Shown here one piece after another: positions 1-9,378 of a DNA stretch of 64,000 bases; the stretch's first letter is position 1, and each line of letters opens with the position of its first letter. The stretch lies in NCBI GenBank assembly GCA_963796055.1, contig CAWCKH010000004.1:2112001-2176000 (forward strand), read 5' to 3'. Both the position numbers and the translations under genes were made by a program. The notes under the pieces were generated by a model. The model did no database searches and had not been told where the DNA came from. It saw nothing but the letters and a program-made list of their open reading frames with translations. Source of the stretch: an uncultured delta proteobacterium. GTDB taxonomy: Bacteria > Myxococcota > Myxococcia > Myxococcales > Myxococcaceae.

Positions 1-1
1 C

Positions 2-70
2 CGGGCCGCGCTGTGGGTCCGAGGCCAGCCTCCCGGCCAGTACGGGATGCGGGACGTGCTCGGGTTGTGA
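2..70 (+). CDS. dapB: 3' end of 4-hydroxy-tetrahydrodipicolinate reductase (partial, runs in from the window edge)
   Basis: Frame starting at base 2 reads RAALWVRGQPPGQYGMRDVLGL*, matching the typical DapB C-terminus. The stop overlaps the folK GTG (GTGA at 67-70). Confidence 0.75.
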   Translation, partial: RAALWVRGQPPGQYGMRDVLGL

Positions 71-591
71 GCGCCCTTCCGGGCAGCGACGACGGACCCG
101 TGTACCTGGGTCTGGGCGCCAACCTCGGTGAGCCCGAGCGCACGCTCGCCGCGGCGGTCGAGGACCTGGCCCAGCTCGCCGACGTCCGCCTGCGCCGGTG
201 CTCCTCGCTCTACGCCGCGGCGCCGGTGGGGCCCCCCCAGCCCGAGTTCCGGAACGCGGTGGTGGCCTTGGCGACAGGGCGCAGCCCGGAGTCACTGCTG
301 ACTGCCCTCCTGGAAGTCGAGCGGACGCACGGGCGCATTCGTGACCAGCGGTGGGGCCCACGCCTCCTGGATCTCGACATCCTGCTGTGGGGAGAACGGG
401 TGGTGGACCTGCCTGGGCTCCGCATCCCGCATCCGGAGCTCCACCACCGCCGGTTCGCGCTCGAGCCCCTGGCAGAGCTGGACCCGGGGGCCCGTCACCC
501 GGTTCTCCAGAAAACGGTCGCCGAGCTGCTGGCGGCCGTGAGAGATCAGCCGGTGCGGCGCCTCGATTCCGCCGTGTGGAGACCTCGATGA
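67..591 (+). CDS. folK: 2-amino-4-hydroxy-6-hydroxymethyldihydropteridine diphosphokinase (HPPK)
   Basis: Motifs VYLGLGANLG, FRNAV, RWGPRLLDLDIL and PHPELHHRRFALEPL. GTG start at 67 is coupled to the dapB stop. Confidence 0.95.
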   Translation: MSALPGSDDGPVYLGLGANLGEPERTLAAAVEDLAQLADVRLRRCSSLYAAAPVGPPQPEFRNAVVALATGRSPESLLTALLEVERTHGRIRDQRWGPRLLDLDILLWGERVVDLPGLRIPHPELHHRRFALEPLAELDPGARHPVLQKTVAELLAAVRDQPVRRLDSAVWRPR

Positions 592-2024
592 CGATGGCCG
601 CAACCGCCCTCGCGCTGCTGCTCGCGCAAGGCCAGCCGCTTCCCCCCGGGCACCCGCCGATCTCGGGTGGAGCGGTGCCCGCGAAGCCCTTGCCCCCGGC
701 GGCCACGCCAGGCGCCAGGTCGCCCGACGCGCCGCCGCTCCCGCCGGGGCACCCGGCCATTCCTCCCGCCGGGAGCCCGTCCGCTGGATCTCCGGAGGGA
801 CTCCCGGCCGGTCATCCCAGCATCGCCCCGGGCGCGGCGGCCCCGACGTCCGACGAGCTGCTGAAGAAGATGGACGCGACCCCGGACCTCAAGACGCGGC
901 CCAAGCCGTACGAGGTCTCCGCGGCCATCGGGAAGCTCTACTACGGGCGCGGGCGCTGGGCGGACGCGCGAGACTTCTTCGTCCAGGCCGAGAAGACCGC
1001 CGAGCCGGTGCGCACGCTCTTCCTCGACCAGAGGAAGCAGCTGAAGGGCGCGCTCCCCGATGCGGCCGCCGCCGGGTGTCGCTTGTCGAGCGACCTGGGG
1101 GTGGAGCGGGCGGCGGAGAAGGCCCGCAGCCTCGCGGCGCAGAAGCAGCCCGGACCGGCAGCCGCCTGCGCGCTCGAGGCGCTGGGTCCGGTCCTGGATT
1201 CCACGACCCTGCTGGGGAACAGCCTGGCGCTCCTGGGCGATACCAGGGGTGCGCTCGCCGCCTACGAGCGTGTGCTTCAAGTCTCGCCCCGGAATGCCAC
1301 CGCTCTCTACGGACACGGGGCGGTCACCTTCGACGTGAAGGGCGACGACCTCGCAGCGCTGAAGGCCGCGCGCAAGGAGCTGCAGACCTCCGCGGAGATC
1401 GCCCCGAACACGGCCCAGGCCGCCTCGGCCCGTGCGCTCGCCGAGCGCATCGACCAGGTGGTCGCCGCGGGGGGTGCGACCAAGTTCGCCCGGCAGCAGG
1501 AGAAGACCCGGGCCGAGGCGAAGCCGGTGGTCGCGGCCGCGCCCCCGGCGGCGGGGCCCATGTCCGGGGGAGCGCCCCCGCAGCCCGCCCCCGCTGCCGC
1601 ACCTGCCGCGATGCCCCAGGTCAGCAAGGAGACGATGGAGGCGTTCCAGAAGGTCGAGGTGACGCCCGAGATGCAGGCCAACTTCGCCCGGCTCGTCGAG
1701 GACGGCGAGGCGAAGCTGGTGGCGAACAAGTACCAGGACGCACTCGACAACTACCGCCAGGTGATGCCCTACCAGCCGAACAACCCGCGGCTGCGCGCAG
1801 GGATGGCCTGGGCCCTGGTCGGACTGCAGCGCCAGCCGATGGCGGACAACGTCTGGCGGGTGGCGGTCACCTCGGATCCGGCAGCGGTGGACGCGCTCGG
1901 CGACCGGCTGTCGAAGGCCGGCAACCAGGAGAGTGCCCGCGCCCTGTGGACGAAGCTGCAGGCCAGCGATCCGGACTACGCATCGCGGTCGGGCATGCAG
2001 AAGAAGCTGGGCGGCTCCCGCTAG
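588..2024 (+). CDS. Exported tetratricopeptide-repeat protein with N-terminal LPxGHP repeats
   Basis: ATGA overlap with folK. Short hydrophobic signal (MTMAATALALLLAQ), three LP[P/A]GHP motifs and TPR-like helices (ALAAYERVLQVSPRN, ALDNYRQVMPYQPNN). Confidence 0.75.
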   Translation: MTMAATALALLLAQGQPLPPGHPPISGGAVPAKPLPPAATPGARSPDAPPLPPGHPAIPPAGSPSAGSPEGLPAGHPSIAPGAAAPTSDELLKKMDATPDLKTRPKPYEVSAAIGKLYYGRGRWADARDFFVQAEKTAEPVRTLFLDQRKQLKGALPDAAAAGCRLSSDLGVERAAEKARSLAAQKQPGPAAACALEALGPVLDSTTLLGNSLALLGDTRGALAAYERVLQVSPRNATALYGHGAVTFDVKGDDLAALKAARKELQTSAEIAPNTAQAASARALAERIDQVVAAGGATKFARQQEKTRAEAKPVVAAAPPAAGPMSGGAPPQPAPAAAPAAMPQVSKETMEAFQKVEVTPEMQANFARLVEDGEAKLVANKYQDALDNYRQVMPYQPNNPRLRAGMAWALVGLQRQPMADNVWRVAVTSDPAAVDALGDRLSKAGNQESARALWTKLQASDPDYASRSGMQKKLGGSR

Positions 2025-3382
2025 AAGGAAACCGTGCCCGGGCTCTTCGCCACCGGCACTTCCTTCATCGTCGCCGGGCCGGCCAGCGTCGGGACGTCGA
2101 AGGAGACCTCGTCCCGACCGAGGAACTGGGCCGGGCCGTCGAGGAGGGCGAGGAGCCCCCGCCGCTTCATCCATGCCACCGACCCGGTGAGCACCACCGC
2201 GGCGGTGGCCATGGTGAGCCGGAGCCCGACGCGATCTCCCAGCCAGGACAGCGCGAGCAGCCCCAGCGCGTACCCGGCGCCGAGCACCATGGTGTACAGG
2301 CTGCTCACCCGGGCCTGGAGCAGCCGCGAGACCCGGCTCATGCAGGTGGCGTTCACCCCGGTGAGGGTCGAGAGGTAGGCGCCCCCGAGGAGGGCCACCA
2401 GCACGACCGCCATCCAGAAACGCGGCACCAGCCAGTAGGCAATGGCGACCACTCCCAGGGTGAGGGTCATCCGGCCCATCAGGCGCCGGCGGCCCCAGCG
2501 GTCGGCGAGCGTGCCGGTGAGGAGCGCGGCGGCGATCGCCCCCACGCCCTGACCGGTCGCCAGCAGCGAGGTGCCGGCGGCCCCATGGCCGAAGATGGTG
2601 ATGGCGTAGACCGGGATGAGGGCGATGAACGGCGCGACCAGAACCGCGATGAGGCAGGTCAGCACCAGCGCGGTCCGGATGCCGGCGTCCTCGCGCGCCA
2701 CCCGGAAGCCGGTGACGATCTCCGACCAGAGGTCCCCGTGCCCGGCGTGGGCTGGCCGAGGAGGCAGGCGGACCAGCATCAGGGAGACGAGCACCGCGAC
2801 GAAGCTCGCCGCGTTGCAGAAGAACGCGGTCGCCAGCCCCCCGGCGGCGATCGCCAGGCCCGCGAGGGAGGGGCCGATGATCCGCCCGAGGTTGTACTGC
2901 GCCGAGCTGAGGCTCAGCGCGGAGAGGAGATCTTCCTCGGGCACCAGCTCCGCGAGCAGCGACGAGTAGACCGGCCCGACCAGAGCGTTCACGCACCCCG
3001 CCAGGAAGGCCAGCACCGCCACTGCCGGCACCGAGAGCCGGCCGGTGAGGGCGAGTACCGCCAGCACGACGGCGATGAGCGTCTGCGCCGTGGTCAGGAC
3101 CGAGAGGAGCCGCCGCCGGTCGGTGCGGTCGGCCAGCGCGCCCGCCAGTGGCCCGAGCACCAGGGTGGGCAGGTACACGAGCGCGGCCACGGTGCCCGTC
3201 CAGGCGGCGCGCCCGGTGGACTGGGTGACGTACACGCCCACCCCGATGGTCTCCATCCACGTCCCGACGTTGGAGATGAACGCGCCCAGCCAGAAGCGGA
3301 CGAAGTTCGGGTGGCGAAAGGCGCGAAGCGAGGACAGCCGGTCCTGCCTCAGGCGCCCGGGACGAGCGACGGCGAGATCCAA
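2021..3382 (-). CDS. MFS transporter (MFS_3 / DHA3-like)
   Basis: About 12 hydrophobic segments. Motif A occurs twice (GALADRTDRRR, GTLADRWGRRR); N-terminal FRHPNFVRFWLG...SNVGTWM. Confidence 0.9.
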   Translation of the reverse strand: MDLAVARPGRLRQDRLSSLRAFRHPNFVRFWLGAFISNVGTWMETIGVGVYVTQSTGRAAWTGTVAALVYLPTLVLGPLAGALADRTDRRRLLSVLTTAQTLIAVVLAVLALTGRLSVPAVAVLAFLAGCVNALVGPVYSSLLAELVPEEDLLSALSLSSAQYNLGRIIGPSLAGLAIAAGGLATAFFCNAASFVAVLVSLMLVRLPPRPAHAGHGDLWSEIVTGFRVAREDAGIRTALVLTCLIAVLVAPFIALIPVYAITIFGHGAAGTSLLATGQGVGAIAAALLTGTLADRWGRRRLMGRMTLTLGVVAIAYWLVPRFWMAVVLVALLGGAYLSTLTGVNATCMSRVSRLLQARVSSLYTMVLGAGYALGLLALSWLGDRVGLRLTMATAAVVLTGSVAWMKRRGLLALLDGPAQFLGRDEVSFDVPTLAGPATMKEVPVAKSPGTVSF

Positions 3383-3510
3383 GGAGGGTTTCCAGACCGA
3401 AGATTACCCTGTCGCCCGCTGCACCGCAGGCACAGTCGGGCCCAATCCCGGGCCCGGAAGGCTTGCGGTGCGGCGTGGGCACTGGCAATCAGGAGTACCG
3501 GAGCCCACCC

Positions 3511-4086
3511 GTGCTCGCCTTCGTGGACACGCCGCGCCCTTCCAGTCCTCGCCGCCGTGCCGTCCGCGGCCCGCTCCTCGCGCTCGCTGGCGCCATCGCG
3601 CTGTACGTCGCGCTGTGGGTCATTCCCTGGAGGCTCCACCCCTCGACGGGACAGGGTGCGCTGCGCGTCTACCAGGTGGGACAGGAGGGCCGCCTCGAGC
3701 CGGTGGCAGAGGGAGCCCCGCTGGCCGCAGGGTCGAAGGTGGCCTTTGCCGTCAGCTCCGAGCGCGACGCCTCGGTGGTGGTCCTCGCCCTGGAGCCGCG
3801 TCGCGCGCTGCTGATGAGCCCGTCCACTCCGGCCACCGGTGCCATCGAGCGGATCCGTCCCGGCGGCTCCACCGTGCTCTCGGCCCGGCCGGCGATCGTC
3901 GGCGCGCCGGGGCTGGTGCGCTTCCTGGCCGTGTTCTGCAACCATGCGCTCCCGCCGGACACGGTGCTCAAGGCCGGAGAGCGCGCGCTCGCCGCGGGGC
4001 AGGGTGACCCGGACGCGGTCCGCACCCTGGACCTCGGCTGCGGCGAGGCCTTCGCCGGCGTGCGGGTGACCGCCGGGAAGCCGTAG
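3511..4086 (+). CDS. Membrane-anchored hypothetical protein (DUF4384-like beta domain)
   Basis: GC3-biased ORF with one N-terminal TM segment. The pattern LAAGSKVAFAV...FLAVFC resembles myxobacterial DUF4384/ActD-type C-terminal domains. Start is uncertain. Confidence 0.55.
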   Translation: MLAFVDTPRPSSPRRRAVRGPLLALAGAIALYVALWVIPWRLHPSTGQGALRVYQVGQEGRLEPVAEGAPLAAGSKVAFAVSSERDASVVVLALEPRRALLMSPSTPATGAIERIRPGGSTVLSARPAIVGAPGLVRFLAVFCNHALPPDTVLKAGERALAAGQGDPDAVRTLDLGCGEAFAGVRVTAGKP

Positions 4087-4300
4087 GTCAGGGCGGCCGC
4101 AGTCGAGGTCCGGGTCAGGGGGTCCTCGGGCGCTATCGTCGGCGAGGTCAGGGCGGCCGCAGTCCGCGCGGTCAGGGCGGCCGCAGTCGAGGTCCGGGTC
4201 AGGGGGTCCTCGGGCGCTATCGTCGGCGAGGTCAGGGCGGCCGCAGTCCGCGCGGTCAGGGCGGCCGCAGTCGGTTAGGCCGCAGTCGGTTAGGCGTCGG
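4086..4300. repeat. Intergenic composite repeat: 84-bp unit x2 built on a 19-bp core (GGTCAGGGCGGCCGCAGTC x5)
   Basis: Core starts at 4086, 4146, 4170, 4230 and 4254. 4086-4169 equals 4170-4253. Degenerate GGTTAGGC.. copies start at 4273 and 4288. Confidence 0.95.
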
Positions 4301-4303
4301 AGC

Positions 4304-5344
4304 TTAGATCAACCGGGCGGCGAGGAGGTCCTGCACGTCGATCAGCCCCACCGGGTGGCCGTCGGCATTCACCACCGGGAGCTGGTCCACGTGCGCCTCG
4401 CGCATCAGCGCCGCGGCGGTGAGCGCCAGATCCTCGGGCGACACGCAGCGCGGATGGTGTCCCATCACCGCCGAGACCGGAAGGTCGAAGTCGGTCTTGC
4501 CCTTCTCCACCATCCGCCGCAGGTCACCGTCGGTGAAGATGCCCACCAGCCGCCCCGAGGTGTCGACCACGTTGGTCGCGCCCGGGCGGCCCGGGGTGTT
4601 GGTCATTACCACCACCGCCTCGTGCAGCGGGGCGTCGGCACGCACCACCGGATTGGCCCGGCCGGCGCGCATCACCTCCAGCACCCGCATCACGCTCCGC
4701 CCGAGCTTTCCACCCGGGTGCAGCGCCGCATACTCCTCGCTGGTGAACTGGCGCGTCTTGAGGAGGGTCATGGCCAGCGCGTCGGACACGGCGTGCAGTG
4801 CGGCCGAGCTGGCGGTGGGCACCAGACCCAGCGGGCAGGCCTCGGGGATGGCGCCCACGTCGACCACCACGTCGGCACCGCGGGCGAGCGGCGAGTCGCC
4901 GTCCCCGGTGATGGCGATGACCAGGGCGCCCAGCCGGCGCAGCGAGGGGAGTAGCCGCACCAGCTCCTCGGTCGACCCGCTGTTGGAGAGGGCGAGGACC
5001 ACGTCGCCTCGGCTGACCCGGCCCAGGTCCCCGTGGAGCGCCTCCGAGGGATGGAGGTACAGCGAGGGCACGCCGGTGGAGGCGAGGGTGGCCGACAGCT
5101 TCTGGGCGATGAAGCCCGGCTTGCCCAGGCCGGTGACCACGATGTGCCCCTCGCACGCCCGCATCAGCTCCAGAGCGCGGATGAAGCTCGTCCCCAGCCG
5201 CTCCTTGGCCCCCAGGATGGCCGAGGCCTCGGCATCGAGGACCCCCCGGGCGTAGGCCAGCGCGTCGGTGCGCTGCGCCAGCCTCCTCCGCGAGGCCGAG
5301 GGGCGGGAGCGCACGCGGGAGGGGCGGGGAACGGGGCGTCGCAT
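4304..5344 (-). CDS. kdsD: KpsF/GutQ family arabinose-5-phosphate isomerase (SIS + CBS pair)
   Basis: VVTGLGKPGFIAQKLSATLASTG, EALHGDLG, EACPLGLVPT and LHPGGKLG motifs plus a C-terminal CBS pair. Confidence 0.9.
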   Translation of the reverse strand: MRRPVPRPSRVRSRPSASRRRLAQRTDALAYARGVLDAEASAILGAKERLGTSFIRALELMRACEGHIVVTGLGKPGFIAQKLSATLASTGVPSLYLHPSEALHGDLGRVSRGDVVLALSNSGSTEELVRLLPSLRRLGALVIAITGDGDSPLARGADVVVDVGAIPEACPLGLVPTASSAALHAVSDALAMTLLKTRQFTSEEYAALHPGGKLGRSVMRVLEVMRAGRANPVVRADAPLHEAVVVMTNTPGRPGATNVVDTSGRLVGIFTDGDLRRMVEKGKTDFDLPVSAVMGHHPRCVSPEDLALTAAALMREAHVDQLPVVNADGHPVGLIDVQDLLAARLI

Positions 5345-5422
5345 CGAGAAGGGCTGAGGACCTCCGGCTCATACCGCGAGGCGCCGGTGGAGGCTAGGGT
5401 GGCGCCGGCCATCGCGAGGGTC

Positions 5423-7174
5423 ATGACCCGGCTCACCATGAAGACCGCCGCAGTGCTCCTTTTTCTGCTGCCGCCGACCGCCTTCGCTGCGCCGAAGCCT
5501 GACCCCACCCGGGGTGCCGCGCTGTTCCAGGAGCGGTGCGCGCTGTGCCACACCGTCGAGCCGGGAACCTCCGGCGGTCGGGGCCCGAACCTCCGCGGCG
5601 TCGTGGGCCGCAAGGCGGCGAGCACCGACTTCGCTGACTCGGCCGCGCTCACCCGCTGGGGACGGACGTGGACGCCGGAGCTGCTTCAAAAATACCTCGT
5701 CGACCCGGGCAAGCTCGTCCCAGGCACGACCATGACCCAGCGAGTCACCGACCCCGGTGAGCGCGCGGACCTGGTGGCGTTCTTGAAGACCCTGAAGGCA
5801 TCGAAGCCCCTGGCCCCACCCGCCGCCGCTGCGCCCACCATTGCCCCCGATGCCGGAGTCTCCCCGCCGGCGCAGGGCACTGCTGCAGCGAATGCTCCGG
5901 ACGGCGGCACGGGTGGCGTCCTCACCGGTGCGGCGGCGTTCGGCGACTGGCGTTCCGATGCCCCCGGGGTGCGGCGGCACATCCGCCTCGGGGATCTCCC
6001 GGCGCCGTTTGCCACCAGCTCCGCGCGCAACAGCCCGCGTGTCGTCCCCCGGCCCCCAGAGGCGCGCCCCCGTGCTCCCGACGGGTGGCGGGTAGACCTC
6101 TTCGCCGAGGGGCTCGAGGAGCCTCGGCAGATCCGCGTCGCCCCGAACGGAGACATCTTCCTCGCCGAGACCGGGCGTGGGCGCATCCGGGTGCTCCGGG
6201 CGAAGGACGGAGCCACCCGCGCCGAGCAGCGGTTCACCTTTGCCGACGGCCTCGACGAGCCGTTCGGCATGGCCTTCCACCCACCCGGCCCCGCGCCGCA
6301 GTGGCTCTACGTCGCCGAGATCAACCGGGTCCTTCGCTTTCCGTACGCCCAGGGCGACACCCGGGCACGGGCGCGCCCCGAGGTGATGGTGGCGCAGCTC
6401 GCGCCCACCACCGGCGGCCACACCACCCGCGACGTCGTCTTCTCGCTCGACGGGAAGCGGATGTTCGTCTCGGTCGGAAGCCAGTCCAACGTCGCCGAGG
6501 GGATTGGGAAGAAGAGCCCGGACGAGGTGCGCGCCTGGGAGGCGACCCACGCCCTCGGCGCCGCGTGGGGATTCGAGGAGCGCCGGGCCGACGTGCTGGT
6601 CTTCGACCCCGCCGGCAAGGAGGGCCGAACCTTCGCCACCGGCCTCCGCAACTGCGTGGGCATGGCGGTGCACCCCACGACCGGTGACCTGTGGTGCTCC
6701 ACCAACGAGCGCGATGGGATGGGCGATGACCTCGTTCCCGACGTCGTCACCCGGGTGCGCGAGGGTGCGTTCTACGGCTGGCCCTGGTACTGGCTGGGCA
6801 ACCACGAGGACCCGCGCCTGAAGGGGCACCGGCCCGATCTCATGGGGAAGGTCACGCTCCCGGACGTGCTGATCCAGGCGCACTCGGCCTCGCTGGGGAT
6901 GACCTTCCGGGAGGGGGACGGGTTCGCCTCCGAGCACGGCTCGTGGAACCGCGAGCGGCGCACCGGCTACAAGGTCATCCGCATCCCCACCCGCGAGGGC
7001 GTGCCCACCGGGGAGTACCAGGATTTCCTGACCGGGTTCGTGGTCGACGCGCGCAGTGCCTGGGGGCGCCCGGTGGGGGTGGCGGTCGCGCACGACGGGG
7101 CGATCCTGGTGACCGAGGACGCCGGCGGGACGGTGTGGCGCGTGGCTCCCTCCTCCGGGTCGGCCTCCCGCTGA
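5423..7174 (+). CDS. Cytochrome c fused to a sorbosone/glucose dehydrogenase-type beta-propeller
   Basis: Signal peptide, CALCH heme motif with GPNLRGVVGR and a distal Met (PGTTM). An Ala/Pro linker leads to the L-sorbosone dehydrogenase signatures GLRNCVG, NERDGMGDDLVPD, HGSWNR and GRPVGV. Confidence 0.85.
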   Translation: MTRLTMKTAAVLLFLLPPTAFAAPKPDPTRGAALFQERCALCHTVEPGTSGGRGPNLRGVVGRKAASTDFADSAALTRWGRTWTPELLQKYLVDPGKLVPGTTMTQRVTDPGERADLVAFLKTLKASKPLAPPAAAAPTIAPDAGVSPPAQGTAAANAPDGGTGGVLTGAAAFGDWRSDAPGVRRHIRLGDLPAPFATSSARNSPRVVPRPPEARPRAPDGWRVDLFAEGLEEPRQIRVAPNGDIFLAETGRGRIRVLRAKDGATRAEQRFTFADGLDEPFGMAFHPPGPAPQWLYVAEINRVLRFPYAQGDTRARARPEVMVAQLAPTTGGHTTRDVVFSLDGKRMFVSVGSQSNVAEGIGKKSPDEVRAWEATHALGAAWGFEERRADVLVFDPAGKEGRTFATGLRNCVGMAVHPTTGDLWCSTNERDGMGDDLVPDVVTRVREGAFYGWPWYWLGNHEDPRLKGHRPDLMGKVTLPDVLIQAHSASLGMTFREGDGFASEHGSWNRERRTGYKVIRIPTREGVPTGEYQDFLTGFVVDARSAWGRPVGVAVAHDGAILVTEDAGGTVWRVAPSSGSASR

Positions 7175-7230
7175 CCCCTCGTCCCCTCCGGGGTGGGCGG
7201 CCCGGGTCCGGCCGTGCTCTGCTACCGTCC

Positions 7231-9378
7231 GTGCGCCGTCGCGTCTTCGTGGTGGCAGGCGAGTACGGGAGCAACCCGCGGTTCCTCACCGCGGAGCGGC
7301 GCTCGACCGAGTTCCTCTCCGAGCCGGCGCCTGAGCCCGAGGCTGCCGAGCTCGCCCGGCTCTTCTTCCGCTACCCGAACCGGAGCGACGACGGCCGTGC
7401 CCGCCCGGCCGACTGGGAACGGGAATTCGGCCTCTCCGAGCCGGTGACCCTGACCGACCTCCTGGCCTCGGCGGGCCATCGGGCCCTCTCCAGCCTCCAC
7501 GCGCTGCTCGGGGACAGGAGCTACCGGGCCACCTGCGACCGGGTCACCGACCTGTTCGTCACCTGCATGCCCGGGCTCGACCCGAACGAGCGGATGAACG
7601 TGGGGCTCGTGCCCCAGACGCTCCAGGCGATGCTCCAGCTGTCGCGGCGCGCCCGGTGCCAGTTCCTTGCCGGCACGTCGGACAGCGGGGCGTGGGCCTT
7701 CGCCCAGGCGGTGCGCGCGGCCCGTTCCGAGGAGCGCGGGGCGACGGTGCTGGTCGTCGCCGGGCAGATCATCCCCTCGGGCTACGCCTCGCAGTACCAG
7801 ATCCGCACCGTGCTCGGTGACCTCGACCAGGCGCGCGGACTGGACATGTTGGTGGTGGGCGACCTGCTGATGGACTGCATGCGCCGCAATCTCGGGGTCT
7901 CCCGCCAGGCGGTGGAGGCGGGGCTGGCCTCCATCTCGATGCGGAAGTTCCAGGCGGCGGGCGCGTATCCGGCGGCGATGCTCTCCGGACGGCTCCCGCG
8001 GCGGAGCACCCGCCGGACGCCGTACTTCGACGGGGACGACATCGCCGCTCCCTGCTGCGGGGCGGCCGCCACCCTGGTCACCTCGGACGAGGAGCTGGTG
8101 GCCCAGGTGCTTGCCGCCCGCTCGCCCCGCCACGCGGGCTCGCCGGTGGTGGAGGTGCTCGGGGTGGGTGAGGGGAGCAGCAACCCCAGCTTCCTGGAGC
8201 GCCAGTCACCGCTGATCTTCGCCACTGCCATCCGCGAGGCCTTCGCCGCGACCGCGGACGACGCCGGGGTGCGGCCGGCCACGTTCCCCGGGTCGGGCTT
8301 CGCGGTGGTGCACGACGCCTTTCCAAGCATCGAGCTGGCGTTCCTGCTCGGGATGGGGCTCGACTGGCACCGGGCGGTGGAGCGGATGCGCGACGGGTGG
8401 AGCAACCCCTACGGCGGGCTGCTGACGTTTGGACACGCGCTCGGGGCCTCGGGCCTGGTGCAGGTGAACAAGACGCAGCACGTCTTCAGCGGGGACCGGC
8501 GCCATCTGAGACCCATCCCCTCGGGTCCGGGGCCGCTTCCGGGGACGCTGGCCTTCACCACCTCGGTGGGCGGGCCGTTCTCGCACATCGTGGTGTCGCT
8601 CTTCCGCGGCGGCAACGGCGAGCTGCCGCAGCCGGGCCGGACCAGCCCCTCGGCGGAGTGGGCCGAGCGACGGCGCAAGCTCCGCCGGGCGCTGCCGGTC
8701 CACCTCGCGCGCGTGGAGCGGACGCTGGCGGGGCAGGGCCGGCCGCTGCTGATCGAGGGCACCACCTACGTCAGCATCCGGAGCTGCCTGCGCGCGCTGA
8801 AGCCCGCCGACATCGCGGCGCTCACCTTCGACGGCATCGAGACGCTGGTCCGGCCGGAGCGCCTGGACGAGGTGCGGATACGGCTCCGCTCCCTGGTGTC
8901 CCTGGTGGTGGCGGAGGCCGAGCGCCTCTCGTCCCTCTTCGACGTGTTCCGGGTGCTCACCGACGAGCTGGTGGCCATGGGCGAGGAGTGGCGCCAGGCC
9001 CGCTGGTTCACCCCCGAGGCCGCGGGGATGCCGCCGGCCCGCCTCACCGAGCGTCTCAAGGAGAGCCTCCGCGTGCCGCTGGCCGTCCTCTGCGTCCGTG
9101 AGGACGCCCGGGTGCGGCGGCTGGTGCAGTTCCTTCCCCGGAACGGGCTGGGGTACGAGGCGCTCGAGGCGGTGGATCTCGCGCTGGACGCGGGCGGGGA
9201 GCTGCAGCCGCTCGACGGCCCCGAGGCGGCGATGCTCCTGCCCTGGTGGAGCGCGCACGCGCGACGACCCGAGCTCCCCCCTCCCATCGGCACCGGCGCG
9301 GATCGCCTGGAGGCGCTCCTCGGTCCCGCGGGCGAGTCGGTCGACGAGACGCCCGGAGATCTCGATCCTGCTCCGTGA
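7231..9378 (+). CDS. Thiolase-fold (SCP2/nsLTP-thiolase-like) protein with long C-terminal extension; probably continues past a frameshift to 9952
   Basis: VLVVAG, DIAAPCCGAAATLV, VVHDAFPSIEL and NPYGGLLTFGHALGASG motifs. GTG start at 7231. Confidence 0.7.
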   Translation: MRRRVFVVAGEYGSNPRFLTAERRSTEFLSEPAPEPEAAELARLFFRYPNRSDDGRARPADWEREFGLSEPVTLTDLLASAGHRALSSLHALLGDRSYRATCDRVTDLFVTCMPGLDPNERMNVGLVPQTLQAMLQLSRRARCQFLAGTSDSGAWAFAQAVRAARSEERGATVLVVAGQIIPSGYASQYQIRTVLGDLDQARGLDMLVVGDLLMDCMRRNLGVSRQAVEAGLASISMRKFQAAGAYPAAMLSGRLPRRSTRRTPYFDGDDIAAPCCGAAATLVTSDEELVAQVLAARSPRHAGSPVVEVLGVGEGSSNPSFLERQSPLIFATAIREAFAATADDAGVRPATFPGSGFAVVHDAFPSIELAFLLGMGLDWHRAVERMRDGWSNPYGGLLTFGHALGASGLVQVNKTQHVFSGDRRHLRPIPSGPGPLPGTLAFTTSVGGPFSHIVVSLFRGGNGELPQPGRTSPSAEWAERRRKLRRALPVHLARVERTLAGQGRPLLIEGTTYVSIRSCLRALKPADIAALTFDGIETLVRPERLDEVRIRLRSLVSLVVAEAERLSSLFDVFRVLTDELVAMGEEWRQARWFTPEAAGMPPARLTERLKESLRVPLAVLCVREDARVRRLVQFLPRNGLGYEALEAVDLALDAGGELQPLDGPEAAMLLPWWSAHARRPELPPPIGTGADRLEALLGPAGESVDETPGDLDPAP

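Noticed and set aside
546..3814. Very long alternative-frame ORFs (for example 546-3488 -, 1076-3814 +, 34451-36853 -, 61133-63814 -)
   Set aside because: These are Arg/Pro/Gly-rich shadow ORFs, expected in high-GC DNA. They overlap well-supported genes and carry no motifs.
4086..4300. CRISPR array
   Set aside because: The repeat is only 19 bp, the linkers are identical copies (41, 5, 41, 5 bp) rather than unique spacers, and no cas genes are present.
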